Shown here in pieces: positions 22,444 to 35,740 of a DNA stretch of 55,471 nt. The first letter of the stretch is position 1. The number at the start of each line of letters is the position of its first letter. Made by a program: the position numbers and the translations under genes. Where the stretch lies: contig NW_024705305.1 of assembly GCF_018977255.1 (NCBI RefSeq), forward strand, positions 1 to 55,471, read 5' to 3'. The DNA comes from Callorhinchus milii (lineage: Eukaryota). The notes under the pieces are model-generated. The model searched no databases and was not told the DNA's origin. It saw nothing but the letters and a program-made list of their open reading frames with translations.

Positions 22444-23739
22444 CTGAAAAAAATTACGTCATGTGGTTATATCTATTAAGCCGTATCGAGTACTTTTGTG
22501 TGTAATTTTGACCATTTTAGTTTTACAGTTTTTGTGAGAGTTTAATTACGTGCCCAGTGGTGGTTTGTAATGTTATCGGATTACTTGCCGAAGTGGTGTG
22601 ATGAGCACTGGTTGTGAGAGGGTTCAATTGTAGTCGTTAAGTGTTCCTGTTGAGCTAAAGTTGGAATGCGTCTGTAGTTAGATCTTTACTCAACATTTTA
22701 AAAGGTTTTTTTCAAGTATATAGCTTTTTTTGGTTGGTAATAATCGACTTTAGATAGTCGATTTCAGGATGTACATTGATGACGCGTTCGTTGGATATAT
22801 GGCCTTGACTTCAACATAGACGCACAGTGAACAAATGTGGTGAACTAATAAGGAAATCATGGGGAATGAAACTTTAACGCTTTGGTATTCCTGGAACGGA
22901 TATGGTTTGCATTGTACTGGAAATGTGTGAACATAGGACATAACAAATATTCCATTCGAGTTTTGACGTAAAAATTATTGCAGATGAATAAAAACGATTT
23001 TTTAACAAATGTTTGTCCGGTCTTTATTTTATAATGTTCCTAGCAAAAACATGTTAAGATAATTTCAGATGGAGGATGTCCGTCACACAAGTATGTCGGG
23101 GATAAACTGTACTCTATAACATGTCAACTGTAATACTATGAACGATAACACTAAACATTAAACGATTATAAACTAGTGTTTCAATTTATAACCATATAAA
23201 CGGAGCTAAGGTATTATAATATCATTAGAAGCATTAGAATCACAGTGTGGTCGTATAAGAATCGCTAATATGTATGTATAGTGTACGTGCAAGGATCGGA
23301 TAAAAATTATTACAATTACAACATGGTCATATGCAATCACGATTTTCACTGCTAGATGTCATCGATTAACAAGACGGAATATATTTATATAAATACACGC
23401 ACAAACCCATTATAAACGCATGCGATTATGAATCGTTACAATTTTATAACAATCACAAATTGTAACAAAGCGAAATTCCAACAAGCAAAACACCACGCTC
23501 ACGTGACGAATTCTTAAACAAACTGCAACACTCAAGTGACAGAACTCAACAAAAAAACGCCGCAATAAAAAGAACCACATCAATGGACAAATTCTAAAAA
23601 CAGACAACACACGCTTGTTAGTAGCTGTTAGAAGAAGACAACACCTAGCACCTTCAACTATACACATCATACAGCCAACTCGTAAATGGGGCGGTATATG
23701 ACAGCCTTCGCTGCTGTCGACGGGGCCAAGCAGCGAGTG

Positions 23740-25108
23740 TGTGGGGGCCGTTGGCCCCCGGGGTCCCTCCCGCCTTCATCCCCTATTCCGTTTACGTTAC
23801 CCCACCTCCCTATTACCCGCTACGGTTTCGCCGGCATTCGAACGCGACGCCCCTACTGTTACAGCCTCGCGCCGCGCTCCCACGCTGCGAGCATACGTGC
23901 GCACAGCATCATCAATCAAACGCCGTGCTCGCAGTATAGCCCTGTGCGGCACGTTCCCAATGCGCATCCGTATCCGACACGTAACGAACGTACGCACACA
24001 CACACACCGCTTCGTGCACTCCAACTCCACACGGACTACTCAAGTTATGCGACCTGTATCACACACGGAGTGAGCACACACGACACCCACTCTCGCACCG
24101 CTCTGCGCAGCGCTCCCCCGAGGCGAGCTGCAGCACTACAGAATCACTGCGTACACACGCGCACTCACACGCTCACACTGCACGACAAGATCACGCGAGA
24201 CCACGCTTCGCTATTAATGATTTATTATATGCTACCTGCGAATTGATGTTGAATCAGTGAGTCGACGAGGCTGGCCTATTCCACTAAACCTGTACCTATT
24301 CCCTATTTATCGGCTTACGATACCCTACTTCACCTCCCCACTCACTGTTTGGTGCCCGCGGAGGTTCGCTGCTCTCTGCGCTAACAGCGTACCTCGATGC
24401 GTCGCACGGACGTCCGGGTCGCTGGCTGGAACTGCTGCTGGTCCGCTGGCCTGGAGAGAAGCGAGCGATTTCCCCTCTGCGCTCCTCTATTTATCCTCCC
24501 TACCTCAAAGGGGATGCTGCGCTGAACAATGGGCTCGTGCACCCCAAGCCCGCGCACGGCGGTTCCGGGCGCTGTTGATATGCTAATCAGTGAGCGACGT
24601 TGGCGGCGTACATCCTAATTACTCCCTTACCCTTCCTAACAATGGGGCCTGCGCGCTCAAGCGCAATTATCCCAACCCTCCATGACTATGCGCAACAGCC
24701 CCTGTGACCCCGCTATTCATGCTGTCCCGTGCCTCCCCTGCTTGCCCCGTCGACCCGTGGGGTGTGTGTGGGGGGAATGCGCCTCAACCGCGGTGGCCGA
24801 ATGCCCCACGCCGCGACCACACCATATTAAGGCCGGCCGCAGCGCCGCGGTGCCACGTAGCACGGGGGAGGTCATCCAATTCCCTGATCGCCGGAAACCG
24901 TGAGAATTAATCCCGATAAGGGTCTCTCGGATAAAAACCGGTCGGCCAGGCGACCTCCCCTCGGAGCTCTATGGGGGGGGGGGGAAATGAGTGCGGGTGT
25001 GTTCATGTGAGGTGAGGTGAGGGGGACGCGGGGTCGGCTCCGTTGCTTGGTGGTGGCGAGGTCGGGGATTTGGTGCCTGCCGAACGGCTTCGTGGCGGCG
25101 GCATCACA
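23740..25108 (-). mobile_element. 3' LTR (~1.37 kb) of a Ty3/Gypsy retrotransposon
   Basis: Minus strand starts TGTGA right after the G-rich tract GGGGGGCTA and ends CCCACA. The left edge interrupts the spacer sequence CAGCGAGTG|TTTAACTCC, which is intact at ~34775, ~44940, ~49315 and ~53716. AATAAA (minus) at 24226-24221. Confidence 0.85.
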
Positions 25109-28100
25109 TAGCCCCCCGAGGTGCCAGTCCCCGTCCCGGGTTGACTGGAGCACCTCGCTTGGGCCGCGCCCACGAGGAAACGTTGCGGGGTCCGGGGGAT
25201 CCGTCCGGACCTGGTGGCTGGCCTCGGGGCGGGTGGTTCCGTCCTCTGTAGCTCCTGCGGCGGTCTCCTCCTCCACTCCAGCGGCTCTCCCCGTCCCCGG
25301 CACCTGTGGGCTGGGGCACAAACTCAGCAGCGGAAGGGTTTAGTGGCCGTCGTCCGCGCCGTCTCCGGACTGGATCGGGGCGTCTCGGGGACCAGGCGGG
25401 GCCCATGTAGTGTGCGAGGCCCCCCAACACGAGGGGTGCGGGTACTCCGGGATTTCGGGGCTTTCGGGTGACGGAGTCCTCTCTCGCCGGGGCCGCTTTC
25501 CATGGTTTTAAGCGGCGGACATTGACCACCGTCTCTCGACCCCTCTCCCCGCCGTAAATTAGTACCGTCCAGGGGGATATCTGCCGCACCACGGTCCAGG
25601 GTCCCCGCCAGTAGGTCGTCAGTTTCCCCACCTGCCCGGCCCCGACGCGAGGGGTGTGTAGCCACACCTTAGCGCCTGTCAGGAATAAGGGGGGTTCCAT
25701 GCGGGGTCGGGTGCCCTGTTCCTGCCGCCGATGCGCGGCTTCCCCTTGCGGGTATGCTCGGCCTCGGGCTTCTCGCAGGGTCTCCAACAGGTGTTCCACG
25801 GGGCGGCTTCCCTCCTCCGGCTGGGGGGAAGGGACGCCGAATAGCAGATCTGCGGGTAAACGAGACTCACGGCCGAACATCATTAAAAACGGGGTTTGTC
25901 CCGTCGACGTGTGTACGGTGGTGGCGTAGGCGAAAAGGGCGTAGGGGAGGTGTTCGTCCCAATCCCGTTGATTTGCGGCCGCCATACGTTTGAGTTTCCC
26001 CGCTAGGGTCTGATTCATGCGCTCTACCATACCGTTCGCCTGGGGGTGATACGCTGTGGTTCGGTCCTTCTGGATTCCGAATTCTCGGCACAGTGCCTGG
26101 AACAGCTCGGCCTCGAACTCGCTACCCTGGTCGGTGAGGACTCGTTCCGGGATCCCGTGCTTGAGTACGTAATGTTCTACGAATGCCCGGGCCACCACCA
26201 AGGCCGTTTTATCAGGGATGGCCACTGCCACGGGGTAGCGGGTGAAATACTCTACTGCGACTAGAATATACCGGTTGCCTCGATGGGATCGTGGGAATGG
26301 CCCCTGTAGATCGATCCCGACCAGCTGATTCGTGCGGCTGACGCGGAACGGCCTTAGGGGTACCTGGTATCGTGCCGGTTTCGGCCCGCACTGCTGACAG
26401 GCGCGGCAGCCCTGTACCCAGGCCGCCACGTCTTGTGCCAATTTGGGCCAGAGATACTGGCGACGCAGGGTCTCTCGAGTGCGTCGTTCCCCATCGTGGC
26501 CCCCGAGTGGGTGGTCATGCACCAGCCGTAGCAGCTGGGGTCGCACCTGGGCAGGAACACAGATGCACCCCGGCTGGCCGGCCTCGGTTAACTCCCGTAC
26601 CACTCCGTTCTGCACACACAACCGGGCATACAAACCGCTCCAGGGTCCTGGTAGGGCGCTCTTTTCCTCCCGCAGTGCCGCCTCCACTGCCGCCAGATCC
26701 GGATCTCGCTGCTGGGTCTGTCTCAGCTGCTCGTCGTTTAGGCCCGGGAAGGCGCAGCCGACGTCCTCCTGGATCCGTCCGATCGGGTCCCGAGCCGCGG
26801 GTCCCGCGCTTGCCGGGCGGTCGACGGGATCCTCAGTGCCACCTGTGAGGGTCTCTGTGGCGCACACTGCACTCTCTCTCGCTGGGGGGGGTCAGTGGCC
26901 GCGGCCTCTCGGGGGTCCGTTGCCTGCCGGCAGCGTCCCCCCGTGAAACACGGGCAGGCCTCCTCCGCTCGTCTCGGCGTACACCGTGGGTCGCCTCGAC
27001 AAGGCGTCCGCGTTTGCATGCGTCCGGCCAGCCCGATACTCGATTTGCAGGTTGTACTCCTGCAACTGCGCCAACCACCGGGCCATCTGCCCCCGCGGCT
27101 CCTTGAATGTAAGAAGAAACTGCAGAGCATAATGGTCAGTGCGTACGCGACATCTCCTGCCGTACAAATACGGCCGGAACTGCTTACATGCGAAAATCAC
27201 GGCGTACAACTCTTGGCGGGTCACGCAATAGTTCAGCTCGGCCCCACTCAAGGTCCGGCTGGCGTACGCGATGACTCGTTCCGTCCCATCCTGTACCTGT
27301 GACAACACCGCGCCCAGCCCGCTGCTGCAGGCGTCGGTGTCCAAAATAAAATCGGTGGTAAAATCGGGGAAAGCGAGGGTGGGGGCGTGGGTGAGGTGGT
27401 CTTTGAGAGTGGTGAAGGCCGTCTGGCAGGCCCCCGTCCACTGATAGGGGTGCTTAGGGGAGGTGAGTTGGGTGAGGGGGCGTGCAATCTCGCTGAATCC
27501 CTTTACAAATCGACGATAATAGGTGGCGAGCCCCAAAAATGATCTGATCTCCGTCAGATTCCTTGGCCGTGGCCACTCCACTACGGCGCGTACCTTCTCC
27601 GGATCGGTGCGCACGCCTGCCTCGCTGACGCGATGCCCGAGGTACCCCACCTCGCGTTGTGCGATGTAACACTTACGTGGCTTGAGCTTGAGATGAGCCG
27701 CTCGCAGTCGCTGGAACACCTCTCGAAGCCTGGACCAATGCTCAGACAAAGATCTACTGAACACTATCACATCGTCCAAGTAAATCAGGCACTGTTCCCA
27801 TTGCAAACCCCGCATCACCAACTCCATCAGCCGCTGGAACGTCGCGGGCGCATTGGTGAGTCCGAACGGGAGTACTCGAAACTCGAATAGCCCATCGGGG
27901 TGGTGAATGCGGTTTTCGGCCGATCCTCCTCCGCCATCTCCACCTGCCAGTACCCGGACGCGAGATCGAGGGTGGAAAAATATCGCGCTCCGGCGAGGCT
28001 GTCAAAGTGTCGTCGATGCGGGGTATGGGGAAGGCATCGCCGAGCGTGACTGCGTTTAGTTTACGGTAATCGACGCAGAACCGGGTTGACCCATCCTTTT

Positions 28101-29238
28101 TCGTTACTAGTACCACCGGGGCTGACCAGGGGCTCGCCGAGGGCTGAATTATGTTATCGCGAAGCATGTCCCCAACCGCCTCTTTGATCTGGGTGCGTTC
28201 GGGTGCGCCCACTCGGTACGCAGGGAGTTTGATGGGTCGGGCTGCACCGGTGTCAATTTGGTGCTTAACAAGGTCGGTCCGACCCACGTCCGAGTCGTGT
28301 TCGCTGAACACGTCGGCATACTCCCGCAGTAACTCGCGCAGCCGATCGGCCTCTCCCTTAGGTAAATCCGCCCATGGTACATGTAACGCGTCGAGCAGGG
28401 GAACGACCTCGGCTCGGGGAGTCGGGCCGACTCGCCAGGCCAGGTCCTGCTCACCCTCAGGACGACCGGGGTCCTCAGCCCAGAGTGCGAACACCGAGTC
28501 GTTAGAGTGGCGTGCGTGCAGGGGGTGTACTGTGGCTATCGGGGTGCGCCGTCGCAGTATCGCTGGGGTATTGTGGGGGTTAAACATCCGCATAAACAAT
28601 CGGTCCCCATCTGCGTTTACCAACGTGGCGGATCCCACAACCCCATACCGTTTTGCCAACTCCGGGTGAGGAGTTAGCATTACCTCCCCTGATGGTCGGA
28701 GCGCGGGGTCGGTGGGGGATGTTGCCACCGGCACCAGCATCTCGGTGAGCGGGCCGATGGTGACTGCCGTCGCCAGGATAGCGGCCACAGGTGCAAAGCG
28801 GGGCGCGTTGGTTCTCGTCCCAGGAACGGTATCCGCTCGCCGTTGCTCTCCATGGTGGCGCATCGCTGGCGGGGTTGCACGTTGAGTCCCAACCGTTCTA
28901 AGAGGTCGGTGCCTGCGATACACTCGTGACACAACGCACTCGACACGTAGAACTCCTGCGTGCACACCTGGCTGCCTATGCGGACCTCTAGGGTGGCTCT
29001 CCCCAGCAGCCCCATTCCGGCTCCGCTCGCCGTGTGCAGCGCGCGGTCCGGGGCCTGCAGGTGACGCACGTCGACCCCGATCGCGCTGCAGTGCGCTGCG
29101 CTCACGAGCGAGGCCACCGCCCCCGTGTCCAGCAGGATTCGGGTACGCACTCCGTTTACCTCCCCTTCCACCAGCGACGTGGCCCCCGTGATCCCCGCCA
29201 CCAGCTCCCGTAGCCAGTCGCCAGGAGTCACCGTTTCC
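25104..29238 (-). pseudogene. pol: Gypsy pol (protease-RT-RNase H-integrase); gag and 5' LTR missing
   Basis: LLDTGA protease, PWSAPV..KKDG..RFCVDYRKLN and YLDD RT, TDAC RNase H, HHCC and D,D35E integrase, WRGPW (GPY/F-like). PR-RT-RH-IN order defines Ty3/Gypsy. Three single-base frameshifts and one in-frame TGA at 26894-26892. Confidence 0.95.
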
Positions 29239-29311
29239 GTGATTTATTTTGTTTTATTTCTACCTACGTGACTTTACCGAAAGAACCAAGAGTATGGATT
29301 CCTGCAGTCAC
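29239..29311 (+). mobile_element. Hammerhead-element tail fragment at the Gypsy truncation point
   Basis: GTGATTT...TACCTACGTGACTTTACCGAAAGAACCAAGAGTATGGATTCCTGCAGTCAC is homologous to 13610-13688; repeated at 32535-32608. Confidence 0.8.
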
Positions 29312-30145
29312 AGACATGTTACATGCATATATACTTACTACATACAGACATGTTAAATACAGACATGATACATGCATATATACTTACTACATACATACAT
29401 GTTACATGCACATATACTTACTACATACAGACATGTTACATACTTACGACTGTAGTGAGATTCGAAGAGGACCACGGAGTGATTCGAATAATTCGAATGC
29501 GATTCGAATATCACACTTCAATGTAGGTTGTTCTAATCTATAACACTAGTTAATAATGTTGTTGTATAGCCTTATAATGTATAGCTCATAGGTTATATTG
29601 TTAGAGTTTACTATAACACTAGTTTACAGTATTATGTATATTCTTCAAATGTATATGTTAATGTTTAATTTATATTGTTGGAATTCATAATGTTAAAGTT
29701 CACAGTGTGAGAGTTTACAATGTAACAATATATCGATCGAGGGCGTTGATCTGGTAGGTTTGATCAGTTTTTGTTTATATAAAGGCGTTATCCCATCACG
29801 GGACACCAACATGCTGCGTATATAACAGTAACAGAAGCAACTACGGCAGCTACGAAATCGTTCGATGGCAAAGCAGCGACTTCTGCTTCTGCTCCAACTG
29901 CCGCCCGGCTGTTTGCACGCCGACTCTGCTCTCGTGGGACCCAACACGTTTATGGAAATTATTGAGATGATCCTATCTGAGTTGAGATTTGAGCGACTAA
30001 AGTTTACTTTGTTTAAACATAACTTAGTGTAGGTTAGTGCCATCGGTGTTTAGCGAATACTACCGAAGAATTAGCTGACTCATTATTGACGTAATTTGTC
30101 ATAATATTGGTTGATTAAGGAGAACAAGACACAGGCCATGTCGAC
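29312..30145 (-). repeat. Inverted segment of the inter-ZNF spacer
   Basis: Reverse complement of ~45090-45850; repeated at ~32610-33445. Confidence 0.85.
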
Positions 30146-30302
30146 GATCTTATTAATATAGAGGTCTTCCTATAAGCTGTCTGAGTATTTTGTGCACCCT
30201 TTAGTTTTACAGTTCGTTTGAATTTCTTGACGTGCAGGTGGGATTTTGATTTGTCGATTAAGTCTTCCTGTTGGCTAAAGTTGGATGCTTGTATTAAATT
30301 TA

Positions 30303-32534
30303 CGCGTTTGCATGCGTCCGGCCAGCCCGATACTCGATTTGCAGGTTGTACTCCTGCAACTGCGCCAACCACCGGGCCATCTGCCCCCGCGGCTCCTTGA
30401 ATGTAAGAAGAAACTGCAGAGCATAATGGTCAGTGCGTACGCGACATCTCCTGCCGTACAAATACGGCCGGAACTGTTACATGCGAAAATCACGGCGTAC
30501 AACTCTTGGCGGGTCACGCAATAGTTCAGCTCGGCCCCACTCAAGGTCCGGCTGGCGTACGCGATGACTCGTTCCGTCCCATCCTGTACCTGTGACAACA
30601 CCGCGCCCAGCCCGCTGCTGCAGGCGTCGGTGTCCAAAATAAAATCGGTGGTAAAATCGGGGAAAGCGAGGGTGGGGGCGTGGGTGAGGTGGTCTTTGAG
30701 AGTGGTGAAGGCCGTCTGGCAGGCCCCCGTCCACTGATAGGGGTGCTTAGGGGAGGTGAGTTGGGTGAGGGGGCGTGCAATCTCGCTGAATCCCTTTACA
30801 AATCGACGATAATAGGTGGCGAGCCCCAAAAATGATCTGATCTCCGTCAGATTCCTTGGCCGTGGCCACTCCACTACGGCGCGTACCTTCTCCGGATCGG
30901 TGCGCACGCCTGCCTCGCTGACGCGATGCCCGAGGTACCCCACCTCGCGTTGTGCGATGTAACACTTACGTGGCTTGAGCTTGAGATGAGCCGCTCGCAG
31001 TCGCTGGAACACCTCTCGTAGCCTGGACCAATGCTCAGACAAAGATCTACTGAACACGATCACATCGTCCAAGTAAATCAGGCACTGTTCCCATTGCAAA
31101 CCCCGCATCACCAACTCCATCAGCCGCTGGAACGTCGCGGGTGCATTGGTGAGTCCGAACGGGAGTACTCGAAACTCGAATAATCCCATCGGGGTGGTGA
31201 ATGCGGTTTTCGGCCGATCCTCCTCCGCCATCTCCACCTGCCAGTACCCGGACGCGAGATCGAGGGTGGAAAAATATCGCGCTCCGGCGAGGCTGTCAAA
31301 AGTGTCGTCGATGCGGGGTATGGGGAAGGCGTCGCCGAGCGTGACTGCGTTCAGTTTACGATAATCGACGCAGAACCGGGTTGACCCATCCTTTTTCGTT
31401 ACTAGTACCACCGGGGCTGACCAGGGGCTCGCCGAGGGCTGAATTATGTTATCGCGAAGCATGTCCCCAACCGCCTCTTTGATCTGGGTGCGTTCGGGTG
31501 CGCCCACTCGGTACGCAGGGAGTTTGATGGGTCGGGCTGCACCGGTGTCAATTTGGTGCTTAACAAGGTCGGTCCGACCAACGTCCGAGTCGTGTTCGCT
31601 GAACACGTCGGCATACTCTCGCAGTAACTCGCGCAGCCGATCGGCCTCTCCCTTAGGTAAGTCCGCCCATGGTACATGTAACGCGTCGAGCAGGGGAACG
31701 ACCTCGGCTCGGGGAGTCGGGCCGACTCGCCAGGCCAGGTCCTGCTCACCCTCAGGACGACCGGGGTCCTCAGCCCAGAGTGCGAACACCGAGTCGTTAG
31801 AGTGGCGTGCGTGCAGGGGGTGTATTGTGGCTATCGGGGTGCGCCGTCGCAGTATCGCTGGGGTATTGTGGGGGTTAAACATCCGCATAAACAATCGGTC
31901 CCCATCTGTGTTTACCAACGTGGCGGATCCCACAACCCCATACCGTTTTGCCAACTCCGGGTGAGGAGTTAGCATTACCTCCCCTGATGGTCGGAGCGCG
32001 GGGTCGGTGGGGGATGTTGCCACCGGCACCAGCATCTCGGTGAGCGGGCCGATGGTGACTGCCGTCGCCAGGATAGCGGCCACAGGTGCAAAGCGGGGGC
32101 GCGTTGGTTCTCGTCCCAGGAACGGTATCCGCTCGCCGTTGCTCTCCATGGTGGCGCATCGCTGGCGGGGTTGCACGTTGAGTCCCAGCTGTTCTAAGAG
32201 GTCGGTGCCTGCGATACACTCGTGACACAACGCACTCGACACGTTGAACTCCTGGGTGCACACCTGGCTGCCTATGCGGACCTCTAGGGTGGCTCTCCCC
32301 AGCAACCCCATTCCGGCTCCGCTCGCCGTGTGCAGCGCGCGGTCCGGGGCCTGCAGGTGACGCACGTCGACCCCGATCGCGCTGCAGTGCGCTGCGCTCA
32401 CGAGCGAGGCCACCGCCCCCGTGTCCAGCAGGATTCGGGTACGCACTCCGTTTACCTCCCCTTCCACCAGCGACGTGGCCCCCGTGATCCCCGCCACCAG
32501 CTCCCGTAGCCAGTCGCCAGGAGTCACCGTTTCC
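30303..32534 (-). pseudogene. pol: Second copy of Gypsy PR-RT-RNase H, part of a ~3.3-kb tandem duplication
   Basis: Near-identical to 27009-29238. The 750-aa ORF is intact until a 1-nt deletion near 30477. No integrase. Confidence 0.92.
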
Positions 32535-33474
32535 GTGATTTATTTTGTTTTATTTCTACCTACGTGACTTTACCGAAAGAACCAAAGAGTATGGATTCCT
32601 GCAGTCACAGACATGTTACATGCATATATACTTACTACATACAGACATGTTAAATACAGACATGATACATGCATATATACTTACTACATACATACATGTT
32701 ACATGCACATATACTTACTACATACAGACATGTTACATACTTACGACTGTAGTGAGATTCGAAGAGGACCACGGAGTGATTCGAATAATTCGAATGCGAT
32801 TCGAATATCACACTTCAATGTAGGTTGTTCTAATCTATAACACTAGTTAATAATGTTGTTGTATAGCCTTATAATGTATAGCTCATAGGTTATATTGTTA
32901 GAGTTTACTATAACACTAGTTTACAGTATTATGTATATTCTTCAAATGTATATGTTAATGTTTAATTTATATTGTTGGAATTCATAATGTTAAAGTTCAC
33001 AGTGTGAGAGTTTACAATGTAACAATATATCGATCGAGGGCGTTGATCTGGTAGGTTTGATCAGTTTTTTGTTTGATATAAAAGGCGTTATCCCATCACG
33101 GGACACCAACATGCTGCGTATATAACAGTAACAGAAGCAACTACGGCAGCTACGAAATCGTTCGATGGCAAAGCAGCGACTTCTGCTTCTGCTCCAACTG
33201 CCGCCCGGCTGTTTGCACGCCGACTCTGCTCTCGTGGGACCCAACACGTTTATGGAAATAATTGAGATGATCCTATCTGAGTTGAGATTTGAGCGACTAA
33301 AGTTTACTTTGTTTAAACATAACTTAGTGTAGGTTAGTGCCATCGGTGTTTAGCGAATACTACCGAAGAATTAGCTGACTCATTATTGACGTAATTTGTC
33401 ATAATATTGGTTGATTAAGGAGAACAAGACACAGGCCATGTCGACGAATTCTTATTATTATATAGAGTGTCTTT

Positions 33475-35740
33475 ACCTATTAAGCTGTCTTGAGTACTTT
33501 TGTGTTTAATTCTGACCCTTTAGTTTTACAGTTCGTTTGAGAGTTTCTTGACGTGCAGGTGGTGATTTTTGATTTTGTCGGATTTAAGTCTTCCTGTTGA
33601 GCTAAAGTTGGAATGCATATGTAGTTAGATATTTACTCAACATTTTAAACGGGTTTTTTTCAAGTATAAAGCTTTTTTTGGATGGCAATAATCTACTTTT
33701 GGATGTACATTGATGACGCGTTCGTTGGATATATGGCCTTGACTTCAACATAGACGAACAGTGAACAAACGTGGTGAACTAATAAGGGCATCATGGAAAA
33801 TGATACTTTAACGCTTTGGTATTCCTGGAACGGAAATGGTTTGCATTCTACTGGAAATGTGTGAACATAGGACATAATAAATATTTCCTTCGAGTTTTGA
33901 CGTAAACATGATTGCAGATGAATAAAAACGTATTTTTAACAAATGTTTGTCCGGTCTTTATTGTATAATGTTCCTAGCAAAAACATGTTCAGAGAATTTC
34001 AGGTGGAGGATCACACAAGTGTGCCCTTAACCAGGCATCATCTTGGCTGTCTACCCGATTAACACGTGTTCCTTGAGGGGAAAGGTCCCCGTAGTTAATT
34101 GTTCATCAACATACCAGTCCTTAATTCCGAAGTATGTCGGGGATAAACTGTACTTTATAACATGTAAACTGTAATACTATAAACGATAACACTAAACATT
34201 AAACGATTATAAACCAGTGTTTAAATGTATAACCATATAAACGGAGGTAAGGTATTATAATATCATTAGAAGAACACTGGTCGTATTGGAATCGCACTCT
34301 GTTCATATGTATGTTTAGTGTACGTGCAAGGATCGGATAAAAATTATTACAATTACAACATGGTCTTATTACAATCACGATTTTCACTGCTAGATGTCAT
34401 CGAGTAACAATACGGAATATATTTATATAAATACACGCACAAACCCATTAGAAATTCATGAGATTATGAATCTTTACAATTATTATAACAATCACTAATT
34501 GTGACAAAGAGAAATTCCCAGAAGCAAAACACCACGCTCACGTGACGACTTCTTAGACAAACTGCAACACTCAAGTGACAGAACTCAACAAAAAACGCCG
34601 CTTTTAAAATAACAACATCAATGGACAAATCCTAAAAACAGACAAAACACGCACGTTTGTAGCTGTTAGAAGAAAACAACACCTAGCACCTTCAACTAAA
34701 CACATTATACATCCAACTCGTAAATGGGGCGGTATATGACAGCCTTCGCTGCTGTCGACGGGGCCAAGCAGCGAGTGTTTAACTCCATTGTTTCAGAATC
34801 CGTGTCATCACCCGGCCACAGCGCCTGAGCCAAACTACATCTCCCGAACAAGGCAGCCTTCCCTATGCTGTGTATATTAGCAGTTTATTTTCGGACGCAC
34901 TTGAAGATAACAATTCGTCTAGAAAAGGCAGGCGACTTGTTCTACCAACATGATTTCAATTTATATCCGAAAGAAGTATGAGTTAATTCATGAGCAGTAT
35001 TCACTAAGCCCCGATAGCACTAACCTACACACAGCTATGATTAAACAAAGTAAACATTAGTCGCTCATCCCAGCTCAGACATGATCATAGCAATTATTTC
35101 CAAATTCGTGTCGGGTCCCACCAGAATAGGGCACGTTCACAAACTTTCAAATTGTAAACTCACATAGCATACTCTAACATTATAAACTCTAACAATATAA
35201 CCTTTAAACTATGAGCTATACATTATAACGCTTTAAAATAACACTACAAACTAGTGTTATAGTAAACTATAATGTTGTGAACTCTAACAATATAAGCTGT
35301 GAGCGATACATTATAACGCTATAAAATAACATCATAAACTAGTGTTAAAGATTAGAACACCGTACATTGAAGTGTGATATTCGAATCTCATTCGAATTCT
35401 TAGCTTCACACCGTGGTCCTCTAAGAATCACACTATGCTCGTGAATATGTAACATGTCCGTATGTAATATGCATGAATATAATATGTCTGTATGTAGTAT
35501 GTATGCATGTAACATATATGTAATTTGGACGTGCGAACCAATGGTGGGTTATGTGAAACGGTAGGTGCAGGATCAGGATGGTATTAAAATTATTTGAATA
35601 ACACTTTGGTGGTATTAGGATCAAGCTGTCCACTGCTGGATGAATGTTCCATCTCAATGGCATCAAATAGCAATATTCAGTATGAATATGTAAAATAATC
35701 GCACAAACGCAATATTAGCCCGTGAAATAATGAATCGTTA
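33475..35740 (+). repeat. Partial ZNF unit: 3' UTR and spacer without coding exon
   Basis: Matches the 3' UTR (AATAAA at 33921) and spacer of the other copies but has no finger sequence upstream. Confidence 0.8.

Noticed and set aside
22750..22941. ORF MSYV..CKPYPFQEYQ.. repeated in several units
   Set aside because: Antisense to the ZNF 3' UTR, variable in length and absent in some copies.
23686..25343. Multiple ORFs within the LTR as accessory or env genes
   Set aside because: GC-rich sequence open in many frames; no recognisable motifs, and the first is a spacer/LTR chimera.
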